A stretch of DNA of 51,182 nt, counting the filler, from Jimgerdemannia flammicorona (Eukaryota): assembly GCA_003990765.1 (NCBI GenBank). It is 2 parts of 2 records of this genome, joined end to end, with 100 filler letters (N's around TTAATTAATTAA, not from the genome) between each part and the next. Parts side by side here need not be neighbours in the genome. Positions count along the whole stretch, not along the records: positions 1 to 25,545 come from RBNJ01000820.1; 1 more part is not named here. The stretch is one strand, 5' to 3'. The translations under genes were made by a program, and so were the position numbers. Below, piece by piece: positions 11,981-23,000 of this stretch; within the stretch, counting starts at the first letter, position 1; each line of letters opens with the position of its first letter. Below the pieces are notes generated by a model. The model searched no databases. It was not told the origin of the DNA and worked only from the letters and a program-made list of their open reading frames with translations.

Positions 11981-13010
11981 GAGCAATCACTTGATCTCAT
12001 AGTTATATAATTTATATAACTATATAGATTTTACAAATATATAGATATCTTAACTATATAGATTTTACAAATGTTTAGATCTCACAACTATATAAATTAA
12101 CTAATAAAAAAAGAAGTCTTAGCTTAGCTACTATATATATAGCTAGTAAAGTTATATAAATATCTCTAGTATCTAGAGTAAATAAATCTTAGATTGAAAT
12201 AGTTCAAGTAAAAAGATAAGAAACTAGTAAGTCTGTAGGTAGATATACTTCAAACTCACCTATTCCTATATCTGAGGACTCCAAGAGTTAAAGAAGAGTA
12301 AGTATTTAAAATAATAAAATCTACTGTACTTTTATCTATATATCTACCATATTATAACTTAGTACTTATTGATTTATAATTTAAGACAAATATCTTATTT
12401 TTAAGCTAAATACTAAAAACTGCTACTATCTGAACATACACTTAAACTAAATTAAGATATTTAGATAAGATAGATAAGAGATTACTAGTATATATCTTCA
12501 ATAAATTAATCATTATCTTCTTTAATAATTTTAAGTAATATACTACTATAAGAACTCAATCAGTATAATAATAAGTAGCTTTAATAGTATTCAGTCTCTG
12601 AGAACTAATAAGAGCTATATTTATAACTGTAAATTATACTAAAAATAATAATACTATAATACTGATATGTAGCTTAGAAGATCTGGTTATAAGTTATCTA
12701 CTATATAAATAAAATTAAACAGGTTTTGAAGAATTATTTCAATAATATTTATCAAGAAATAAATAAAGACTCAAATACTCCCTATTCCTGAATCTGTTAT
12801 TAGATAATCTTAGTCAATTATACTAATATCTTTAGAGATTAAGTAGCTGAAGTAATCTAATTAATACAAATAGTCCTGAACTTAGTATAAAAGATAACTT
12901 ATGCTCACTCTCAAGTCTATATAATAGAGAGAGTCACTAGAGTCAGAATTAAAATATTTAAGATAATAAGTATAATTTCTATAACTATAATCAATTGAAA
13001 CACACCTCAA

Positions 13011-13044
13011 TATAACTATAAAAAAAAAAAAAAAAAAAAAAAAA
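13011..13044 (+). mobile_element. Extremely 5'-truncated LINE insertion (tail plus poly(A))
   Basis: TATAACTATA(A)24 resembles the LINE tail GTGACTATA(A)n. It is flanked by imperfect direct repeats AAACACACCTCAA / AAACATACCTAAA. Confidence 0.5.
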
Positions 13045-13830
13045 CATACCTAAACCAAAGATCACAGAGTAGTAGAGAAACTATGATTCTATAGAGAAAC
13101 TTACCAAAAGTTTGCTGAAATAATTGCCTATCTAAGAGATATAATGAAAGAAATTAGAAAAAGAGATTATCCTTTAGTTTAAAAGTTTGTCATTATTATA
13201 GATAAGAAGAGAGAAATCTATTATATTTAGAAAAGAAAAATACTACTCCTATAAATATATAAGTAAGACTAGTATAAGGCCCAGTTAAGCGATATTATCA
13301 GAAACTACAAACAGATCAATATTATTACCTTTGAAGAAATTAGAGATTTGAAGAAAGAGAAAGAATGAAAAGCTTATTCAGCTCTCTAAGAAAGATATCT
13401 ACTAGTATTCCTACAAGAGGCCACCAGGAAGACTTAAAATGAAAGCAGTAGAATAGCCTATAAAGAATAAGAAGAAGTACTTATAAAAATCAAAACTATA
13501 GTAGAAGAAGTAGATAGTTAAATAAGTAGTTGAAGATATTATTTAAGATAATACTCTAACCAGTAAAGGTAAAAAGGAGATGAAGTTGCAAAAAGCAAGA
13601 CCTTCAAGTATGATATCTTCAAGAATATTAGCTAGTAAAAAGTTAATACATATAACTATTGGATAGTTAGTAGAAATCTCACTATTAAATAATAAATAAG
13701 ATCAAGACTAGCCAAAATAGTCAATAATTAAGAGTAAAAGATTGTTGAGATCAATAATGTATAGAAAGATTCAGATAAAAAAAGTGAAAAAGACAACTAT
13801 AAGATCTCTATCTATACTATCTATTAGATT

Positions 13831-16800
13831 CAGACTTGCTATCAATCAAGTCAATCTAATCTGATAATCAGAGATTGAATTAATTGAGGATTGAACTTGT
13901 AAGATTAGACTTGACTTAATTAGATTGATAGGATGAGGAGAATGATAGACTTATATCACTTTAGCTTAAATTACAGACAAGATTAGATAAATGATAGATA
14001 TATACCACTTCAGCTTGAATTATAGATAAGATTGGATCTGAGTAAATGATAGGAAAGTACATCTTTTTTACTTTCTAATTACCAAAGTATCATATTGCCA
14101 AATAGTGGTGAGAGTAATAAGAAAAAACAACTATAAGTTAAACTGTATTATAAGGAGAAGGGTAGACTAATATGGGAAAGAAAGAGATCAGAAACCAAGA
14201 TAAGACATGAGTTTAGTAATATAGAAATATATACTTCTCAGGTCTATCTTTCATGTATATATGTAAAGAGACCATTTATTAAACAATAACTAGAGGGAAA
14301 GGAAGTAAGGGATATATAAAACTAAAGATATAAAATATAAAATACAAATAACTACAACTATGTGCTAGGGTGAATAGTGAGAGAAATGACAGTAAACTAT
14401 TATATAAAACCAGTATACAAAATGATTGCATAAATATTCTTCAAGAAACTGATCTAACTAAGAGAAATTATTATATAAATAATATATATATTATATATAT
14501 TATATATAATAAGTGCTATTGGCTACTTTGCTGCAGTTTGAATTATATTTATAACTATATATACTATATAGTCCTCATACTTCTACTACTACTATAGCTA
14601 CTATTACCAGTCCACTATCCTAGCTCAACTCTAGCTTCTTAAATACTATAGTACACTAAGTATTTCTGGCTTAAGCTTTGAGTGACAGAGTTTTAGCAAG
14701 TTATCAGTCTTACTAAAAGCTCTTACTACATCAGTATAAGTAGTTGGAATAGTAAAAATATCTATCACCATCTAGCTAAGATGTGGAAATTTGGCATACT
14801 AAAGCTGCTACTACTAAATAGAGTTATTTATACTCTCATTATCTATAGGAACTGGATATCTCACCTTTTACTACTTGTATTCATTAATCTTATTATCATA
14901 TATCTCAGTATTGTTACTGATAAATAAGCAGAGATAGTTAGTGAAATCTGATATCATTCTGAGTACTGGCTACTATATATAGTACAGTAGACTTTAATAT
15001 AGTAGCTGAGATTTATATATAGACCAAAGCCTTTTAAATACAGTCTCACTATTGATAAGCCATTCTGATTGATCTTTTCATACATTGGTATAGTATCTTT
15101 TAAGAGCTGGATGTAGCACTACTGCTGCATAGTATGCTGGAAAATTATTGAGCAGTATATAGTAGTGATACAGCTTACTCTATGCTCTATTAATATTGAT
15201 TTTATAGTAGTTCTCTATGGATAGTTAATCTGGGAACTCCTGAGTAGCTTTTGTGATATACTCCTTTATATTCTCAAATATCTTCAGTAAATAGTCTATC
15301 TCTAGAATTATCTGCTATATTGCACTATATTGCTCTGATGTACCTCAAGTCTCAATATATTTGTAGCTTCTTTTAGAGGCTGCAAGAGCTCTATATAGCT
15401 ACAGACAATATCCCAGTCATAAGAGCTAAGGCCTCTAGTATTAATGAAGTATAGTGGCTTTAAAGTCTCTACTTTCTTGCTCTTTCTCTTTAATCTCTTT
15501 CATGTAGCAACTTTGTAGTAGTGCTCATTAATCCAGTACTGTACATATATATCTAATGGATCATATAGCTATAGTGTATAATTAAATATATTAAGATAAC
15601 TATTCTATCTAGTTTTGATTGGCCTAATTAGCTTCTGAATCTTGAAGTTTGAGTATGAAAGTACTGCATTCTCCTCTTTTTGAAACTATACTAGTAGCTA
15701 ATGATGCTGTAGAGTATTGCAGTAGCTGATGAGGTCAATTAATATTCCTAAAGAGCCCTTTTGCTGCCACTCCTTTAGGAACTTTTATTCTTCTGAAATA
15801 TTCTTTGTATTATTTTCAAAGGAGTCTTTATCTATACTAAATAGTAGTATCTGTGCTATAAGGTTGATGATATGAATAGTATAGTGAATATAGCATTTCT
15901 TTGAATCAAATTCAAATTCTTCAGCAAGATACTGAATATATATATTATTTACTTTATAGTTATTAGAGATACTATAGCTAAGCCAGTCTCTGATATTATA
16001 TTTTATAACTATAGTAGTGATAAGTTTAGAGTTATTATACTCTGAATATCAATCAAGAAGCTTTGGCATTGAGATAAAGAAGTTGATCACCTTTTTAGTA
16101 TCTATAAGGAAATAGATACAGATACCAGTAATAGTATGTTACTAGCTATATATTGACCAGTTGTCAAATGAAATATAAATCTTCAACTCTACACAAGCAA
16201 ATACCTCTATCAAAACTCCCTCATAACTTTTATATTTCTGTAAGATATAATTATTGATAGTTTGGTAGAATATAAATATATCATCAACTATATCTAGATT
16301 TGCTACCATAATCATCTCTCAAAATTCTGGAGTCTTGACTTCTCAAAGAGAGGGATTTTTGACAGTAATTTATTTAAGTATCTTCTGCTTAAAAATCTGT
16401 AATATATAAGTAGATAGAAGTGTATTTACTATACTCTAAGAAATGTGATAGTATTCTTAAAGCTGCTTGAGTATAGTGTGCTTCTGCTTCTAGCTTATCT
16501 GGAGAGGCCTGTCTTTGCTAATAGTATAATCTTCAATATCAGAGTGTGTGAGATGCTTAATAGTACTGCTAGTAGAGAGATTGCAGATATATATATACTC
16601 ATTATAATAGTATGTCTGATGGTAGTATTTGCAGATCCAGAGGATATTTTTCTTATCTTTATTTATATCTCTTTCTTGAACCCTATATCTATACTCCTAT
16701 ATCCAGCTCTTTTTCTTTCCTTTCAGAGGTCTAAATAGCTGCTGGTAGTTAGATATACATGACCAGTTGATACTCTTATATATATATATTATCTTTATTA

Positions 16801-17212
16801 GTATCAGAAATTGTACTTTAGCTCTCAGAACTGAAATCCCCAACTCTATATATACTTTCTAGATTAGATACAGAATCATCTACTACTGGATCCATATACT
16901 ATATTAGCTGTTTGCTCATATTTATAGTATAAAAGGATAGAGATATATGTATTTAGATATATCTGTATTATTATATATAATGAATACTTATCTATATTAG
17001 TTTGTACTTGTATTTCATATATAGTAAACTTTAGCAATCTGAGTATATCTATATTTATATATATATCAATCTATCAATCAATTCAAGCAGATTGATCTCT
17101 TTAGATTAAGTTGATTGAAGATTGAAGTAGTAGAGAATTGAATTGATTGTTAGCTCTTTATCAATTAATTCTCAATCAATCTTCAATTCAGAATTAATTG
17201 ATAACAAGTCTG
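13831..17212 (-). mobile_element. Decayed full-length hAT DNA transposon
   Basis: TIRs CAGACTTGCTATCAAT (13831) and ATTGATAACAAGTCTG (ending 17212). 8-bp TSD ATTAGATT (13823-13830) / ATCAGATT (17213-17220). Subterminal short repeats and transposase motifs lie inside. Confidence 0.9.
14620..16920 (-). pseudogene. hAT transposase pseudogene
   Basis: Minus-strand remnants: ISFDNWS (first catalytic Asp, ~16160), (C)xxHIINL (~15870), KTR(W)NS (~15605) and the dimerisation domain (WW)...KFPHLS.M..DIF.IP.T...V.RAFS (~14710-14830). Ends are approximate. Confidence 0.85.
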
Positions 17213-18212
17213 ATCAGATTGAGAATAAAAACTTTGGAAAACTACTCTACTTTCAACTAGCCTAGAGATGACAATTCCCAAGGAATATATTAGTATACTT
17301 AAGATAAAAAGTAGTCTAACCAAGTATGAAATTTTGATTGAAGAAAGTATTATTGATTATGATTATATTAGAGAATTCATACTTATTGCCAGAAATTATA
17401 ATTTTACAATTTTATTTATAGTTAAAAAGAAAGACTGACTTATATAAATATTGATCTTTCTAGTACTACAACCTAAGATTTTAGAGATCAAGAAGCTGAA
17501 GAAAATTGAAAGAAGGAAAGAATCTAGATCTATAGGGAGAGAAGATTTCATCAACATCAAGATTACTAAATTAGACTATAAAAAGGAGGAAAATATAGAT
17601 AAGTATAGCTATACTATCAAAAATGAATTTCTATTCAAAAAGGATCTTAAGTAGCTACTGCACAAATTTGAGGATATTCTTGCTATAAATTTTAAGAAAA
17701 TAAAAAAAAAAATACTATACTACTATTATAATATAGATATATAAAACACTAAGCCAATCTATCAAAGATCATAACTAATCTCATAAGTATATTGTAAATA
17801 ACTCAGAGAGAAAATCAAGTAGAGAGAAGAAGCTGATATCAAAAAGAAGATCGTTAGTCCTTAGTTCTGATCAATAATACTAGTTCTGAAGAAAGAAAAC
17901 AAGTTAAGAGAATTTTCCCCAAGGCTCTATATAGACTATAGAAAGCTTAATAAAGTTATCAAGAAGGATTGCCAATTACTGTCCCTTATTAGTGATATCC
18001 TGATTATACTAGGAGATAAAGTAAAATACTACCCTACCATTAGGATTCTATCAAATTAACCTCACTAAGAAAACCAGCCTTTATTACTACTGATAAAACT
18101 TATATCTATCTATAAATACTATTCAGAATATGTAATATCTCAGCAAGTTTCCAGAGAATGAAGAACAAGATCTTCTGAGAAGATATGGAAAAATGAATAA
18201 TAGTCTATATAG

Positions 18213-19989
18213 TGTAATGGTGACTCCAGAATGATGATATCAGCACAGGAGACAGTCTTTCCTTGCAAGCCACCAGATCGAAGCACAAGAAGATCATACA
18301 GCATACAAGATGAGCAATAATGACCAACTGTGAGTCATTGTGACCATAGTATAAGTATCCTGAGGAATATAAAAGAAGGATCAAGGAACTACAGTAATAG
18401 CAACCAACAAGACCCACCAATCCCAAAATAGCTCAAAGACTTACTATAAATGAAATGTCTACTGCTCACTAAACCTCAAGATCAAGGAACCACCAAGGTA
18501 TCTCAGTTGAAGAAAGGATGTTCCAAGACATCAGAAGAGCTATGAGGACCTGCTCAAAAAGGACTCCTAGTGTCAACCTGGGTACTGGTGACTCTTGTCA
18601 TTATATTCTCTACTGCTGTGAAATAGAAACAAGGATCACCATTGCTACTGAATGCCTCCAAATATGGCAGGAGTATGAAATAGGAAACCTCCTCTACCAG
18701 GAGTTCCCACAGACCAGCACTCAAGAGCTACAAGATGCTACTCTCATAGATATATGTGAAATAAGGATAGCTAAGAAGATCCATCAGATCTTCAGACATA
18801 TACCATAGTCAATCCCCAACTTAGAGTATGTTAGAGTCTCAGATTTCAGAGATCTGTCATTCTGCCATATCAATGCACTAGAAGCCAGGGTGGCTACAGA
18901 AGCCCAGTCCACTATTACCCTCAATAGTGATGAAGTAAAAGACTTCTGGCATCCTATCTTTCAGGACAACCCAGACCAATTCCTGCAAGGATTGATCTCA
19001 GTATTCCAAGGTCCAAGCATCTAGGTTAGATTTCCCCAAGACCCCACATTTGTTCCCTATTTTGTAGAAGAGAACCTCATAGATTTGAGAGCCCCCGATT
19101 TCTCCATTGAATATAATAACATCATTGGTGATGACATCATCCTATATGATATATGCAAGATGCATGATGAAGCATGCAAAGTACATGAAACATGCAACCT
19201 ATATGATGATGACAATGACAAATTTGCAAACCTCATCTCCTTTGAAGACATTCTGATCTCTGATGATGAAGCCCCCATGGTCCTGAACATTCTGCTCTAA
19301 GTCTCTTGGTTATACTGAATAATACCAGTACTGGCATTCTGATGTAATACTGAATAATGCCAGCACCAGCATTCTGATGTGACACTGAATTATACCAGCA
19401 TCCTGAACCTATATAACCATTAGTACTGACTCTGGAACTTAGCAGTTTTTCCTATCCTAGCATTTTATTTTAGTTATTAGAATTTATATATAGCTTTATA
19501 TCTTAGCAACTATTGAATTACATTTTATATAAATATCTCTCTTATTTCCTCTGAAATAAAGTCAGTTCCAGTTCACTTATACACAATCCCTTACAAGCAA
19601 TCTAAGAGATAACAAGACAGTTTAAAGATAAGAAGTTTGAGGACTATAAGACCTTGGGAAGGCACTCCAATAAGAACTTGCTTATAACAAACTTATAGTT
19701 AGTTGAAGAGATATACCTTGAAGAGAATCTGATATATTTAAAGAACTCAATGTCTACTATATGACAATGTATATAATATAGTTCCCTCAGTTCTGGTTCA
19801 CTTATACACAATCCCTTGCAAGCAATCTAAGAGTTAATAAGACAGTTAAAGATAAGAAGTTTGAGGACTATAAGACCTTAGGAAGGCACTCCAATAAGAA
19901 CTTGCTTATAATAAACTTGAGTTAGTCTAAGAGATATACCTTGAAGAGAATCTGGTATATTTGAAGGACTCAGTGACCACTACATGACA
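18213..19989 (+). repeat. 5' LTR of copy A (~1.78 kb, TG...CA)
   Basis: Starts TGTAATGGTGACTCC and ends CTACATGACA. Homologous to 40487-42242 and 31969-34487. Contains three ~35-bp repeats (~19310-19403), TATAAATA (~19528), AATAAA (~19555) and a duplicated ~220-bp terminal unit. Confidence 0.9.
18320..19300 (+). pseudogene. LTR (U3)-internal ORF3b, ~326 codons, function unknown
   Basis: One frame from ATG 18320 to TAA 19300 joins ORF-track fragments 18518-18808 and 19085-19300. It is broken only by transition-type stops, several of which are sense codons in the other LTR copies. Confidence 0.75.
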
Positions 19990-19992
19990 ACT

Positions 19993-20007
19993 TGGTACTC
20001 ATTGGTT
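19993..20007 (+). promoter_or_regulatory. Putative primer-binding site
   Basis: TGGTACTCATTGG lies 3 nt after the LTR end; copy B reads TAGTGCCAATTGG. The TGG start would pair with tRNA CCA. The tRNA identity cannot be resolved. Confidence 0.55.
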
Positions 20008-20018
20008 GGTAATTCAAG

Positions 20019-23000
20019 ATGAATCCCTCACTTTCAAGCTAAAAAATGAACAACTCCCACAATAACTATCCTGACTACAAAAGTCACCCCTATAAGAATT
20101 CAAGACAAGATAGAAATAGGTTCCCCAACATTCTATAGATATACTACTGAAGAGTCAATTCTGACCTTCATTGAAGACTTTGAACAATTCACTGCCATAT
20201 GAGCCCTTGGCATGAATGCACAATTGGCCCTCTATCAGTCAGCCTCAGAGGATCTGCCAGAGACAAGTTCAATGCAGCCACTATTGCTGATAATGGTGTA
20301 GCCAAACTTGCCAACATGAAGGCCTTTCTCAGAACAATATACTATACTGAAGAGATCAAGCAAGCTCTCAAGGATCAACTCAATACTATCTGTCAGAGAC
20401 TTAGTGAAGATCCCAACTCATTCTATATCTGAATCTGCCACCAGATTGTCTTGGCTAGCTATAATGACTGCCTTAAAGAACAAATAGTAGATTCAACCTT
20501 CCTCAAAGGAGTTCACTCTGAAATTGCCCTAGCAATCCAGTCTACCCTAGCTGCACTGACCCTTGATCAGAAAGTGGTCTTTGCACAGAGATATTGGACT
20601 ACCAGACACCCTGCTGAATACTCAATAGAGAAAATAACTGACATCAAGATGGAGCCATTGAAGCTAACCAGTATTATACCTACTACAGTTATAAATAGAC
20701 AACCATCCCTACCTATCCACAAGGTAGCCAAAACTGACTCAGTGGAAGAACTTGCCAAGCAGTTTACTGAGATGACTGCACACCTTAGTGATGTTGTTAG
20801 AGAAGTCTGAAATGCCAACAGGAGACCAGTGCAGAGATTTGCAGCTGCTACAGAAGAATGCAATATCACATGCTTCAGATGTGGAGAAGAAGGCCACTAT
20901 GTAAAGAATTGCATAACTGAAACAAGATGCAAAGCCCAACTAAGCAATACTAGCAGAACTAGAGAACAAAACAATGCAGTAGTCATTGAGGAGATTGGTG
21001 ATACTGATGATGAAGAATACTATGAGGAGCTTGAATTCTACCCTGCTACTAAAGGTACCAGAACCTGGTCTAAGCCCTATGACAAAAAGAGCAACAGCAA
21101 GCCAGTTGGAAGATCAAAGAAGACCTAAGCAGTCACTATTCAAAGCAAGACTCAACCTAAGGAGATTGATCAAGACATGAAGTTAGATGAAGCTGTCTGC
21201 CAAATCATTGAAGACACTACTCCAGTCTTAGGAGAATATGAAAGCAAGAAGGAACAGAAGCTGTATAAGACCAAGATCCACCAGTATGATATCTATAAGG
21301 ACCTCAAGGAATAGAAGGTCAATGCTACTTTTGGACAGCTAGCTGAAGTCCCTGCCTTCAGACAGCAGTTGAGAGTAGGACTTGCAACTACCACCAAGAA
21401 TCAAGAGTACAAGATTGTAGAAGCTCACAATGCACAGGAAGAATTTGACAACTTAGGTGAAGAATCCAAAGACCAGCACAAGATATCAGCCTATACTCCA
21501 TGTCAAATTGAAGACTATATCTTTGATGCCATCATTGATACTGGTGCTGGAGGATACCTCATAAGAAGACAATTGACTGCCTAGGTTGAGATATTGAAGA
21601 GTCCACCAAGATGGTCTATATTATAGCAGATGGTACATGAGCCACCCTCCTTAGCAAAATCTGAGAAGTCTCCATTAAGATAGGAGGAGCTACCATCCCA
21701 GTAGATATGATTGTTATAAGCACCACTAACTATAACATCCTCATTGACAACCAATGGCTTTACAAGACCAAGGCCATTATTGACCTCAATTCCCAGAAGA
21801 TGCAGATCAACTATAGAGGAAGAAAGGTATAAGTCTCTATCAATGTCCACAAAGAAGTCTTACTCAACATGGAGAAAGGAGATGAAGAGGATACAGAAGT
21901 CTTCATGCACTTAGTGAATAAGAACAAGAACAAGACACCCAAGCTCATAGATGAGCAGTGGTATAATAAGATCATCAATGGCTATACCCCTTAAGAAAGA
22001 TGCCCTCATAGTACTAGGATATACTGCTCTGAACACCTGAATGACTGCTGGTCCTATATCAGTGAAGTCAGGAAAATCCACCAACAGAAACATAAGCAAG
22101 AAGCTGCTGAAGCAAAAAGGAAAGCCGAAGAAGATGACCAGCCCCCAGAGCTTCAGGCTGACAGTGATGATGAAGAGGAATAAGAATCAGACATTACTCT
22201 CAAGGTCAAGAAGTTCCACCCTGAAGCCAAGATCCCAGAATATAAGACTGAAGGAGCCATAGGAATGGACCTTGCTAGCATTCAAGATGCTACCCTCAAA
22301 CCACAGACCACTACTCTATTTGGCACTGGAATAAGAGTCAAGTTACCAGAAAACCATACTGGAATTATCAAGACCAGGAGCAGTCTGGCCAAAAGTGAAA
22401 TCTCAGTTGAAGGAGGAGTAATTGACTCTGATTACACTGGTGAGATCTTCCTCATAGTCAGAAATTACAACCCCACCACTCCATTTGAAGTCAAGAAGCA
22501 TGATAGGATTGGTCAGATACTGATCCATGAAATCAAGAAACCCAAGATCATTGAAGTCATCAAACTCATCAAGACTAAGAGAGGAGAACAAGGCTTTGGA
22601 TTCACTGGAAGAGAAGCCTATGCTGCCATCAAGATTACCAAACTTGAATACAAGAAAGATAAGGATCAGAATAAGCACACATACACTATTGGAGAAAACT
22701 TTCCCCTGGAAGAACAACTTCTCAAGATCCTGCATCAGAATGAAGAAGTACTTGCTACAGACTTCAGGGATATCTATAATCAAGAACCCAAGTACTACCA
22801 TAAAGTTGATACTGGTGATACCAAGCCCATCTATCAGAAAGCCAGACCTATACCACCTGCCTACAGAGAATGGCTGTGAGCAGAACTCAAGGAAATGGAA
22901 GAAGCTGGAATTATTAAGCAAGCTATCAGTCCCTGGGCTTCACCCATTGTCCTCACCCTAAAGAAAGAAAGTAAGCCTGGAGAGTTTGTACCAAGACTCT

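Larger units (their letters stand above)
11980..18212 (+). mobile_element. Ancient, heavily decayed relative of the family-2 dUTPase Gypsy, interrupted by a LINE tail, a hAT and Gypsy copy A
   Basis: 13790-13830 matches KISAYTPCQI of copy A. 17240-17540 is a dUTPase remnant followed by IKITKLDYKK...YTI. 17850-18212 is the RT start (PKK...PRL.IDYRKLN), ending at VYI(D). The left boundary is approximate. Confidence 0.7.

Noticed and set aside
14370..16738. ORFs 14370-14597 and 16445-16738 as membrane proteins
   Set aside because: They are chance AT-rich ORFs on the antisense strand of the decayed hAT.
18320..19300. env gene or endogenous retrovirus
   Set aside because: No signal peptide or transmembrane segment is visible, the ORF lies inside U3, and RT and IN are Ty3/Gypsy-type.
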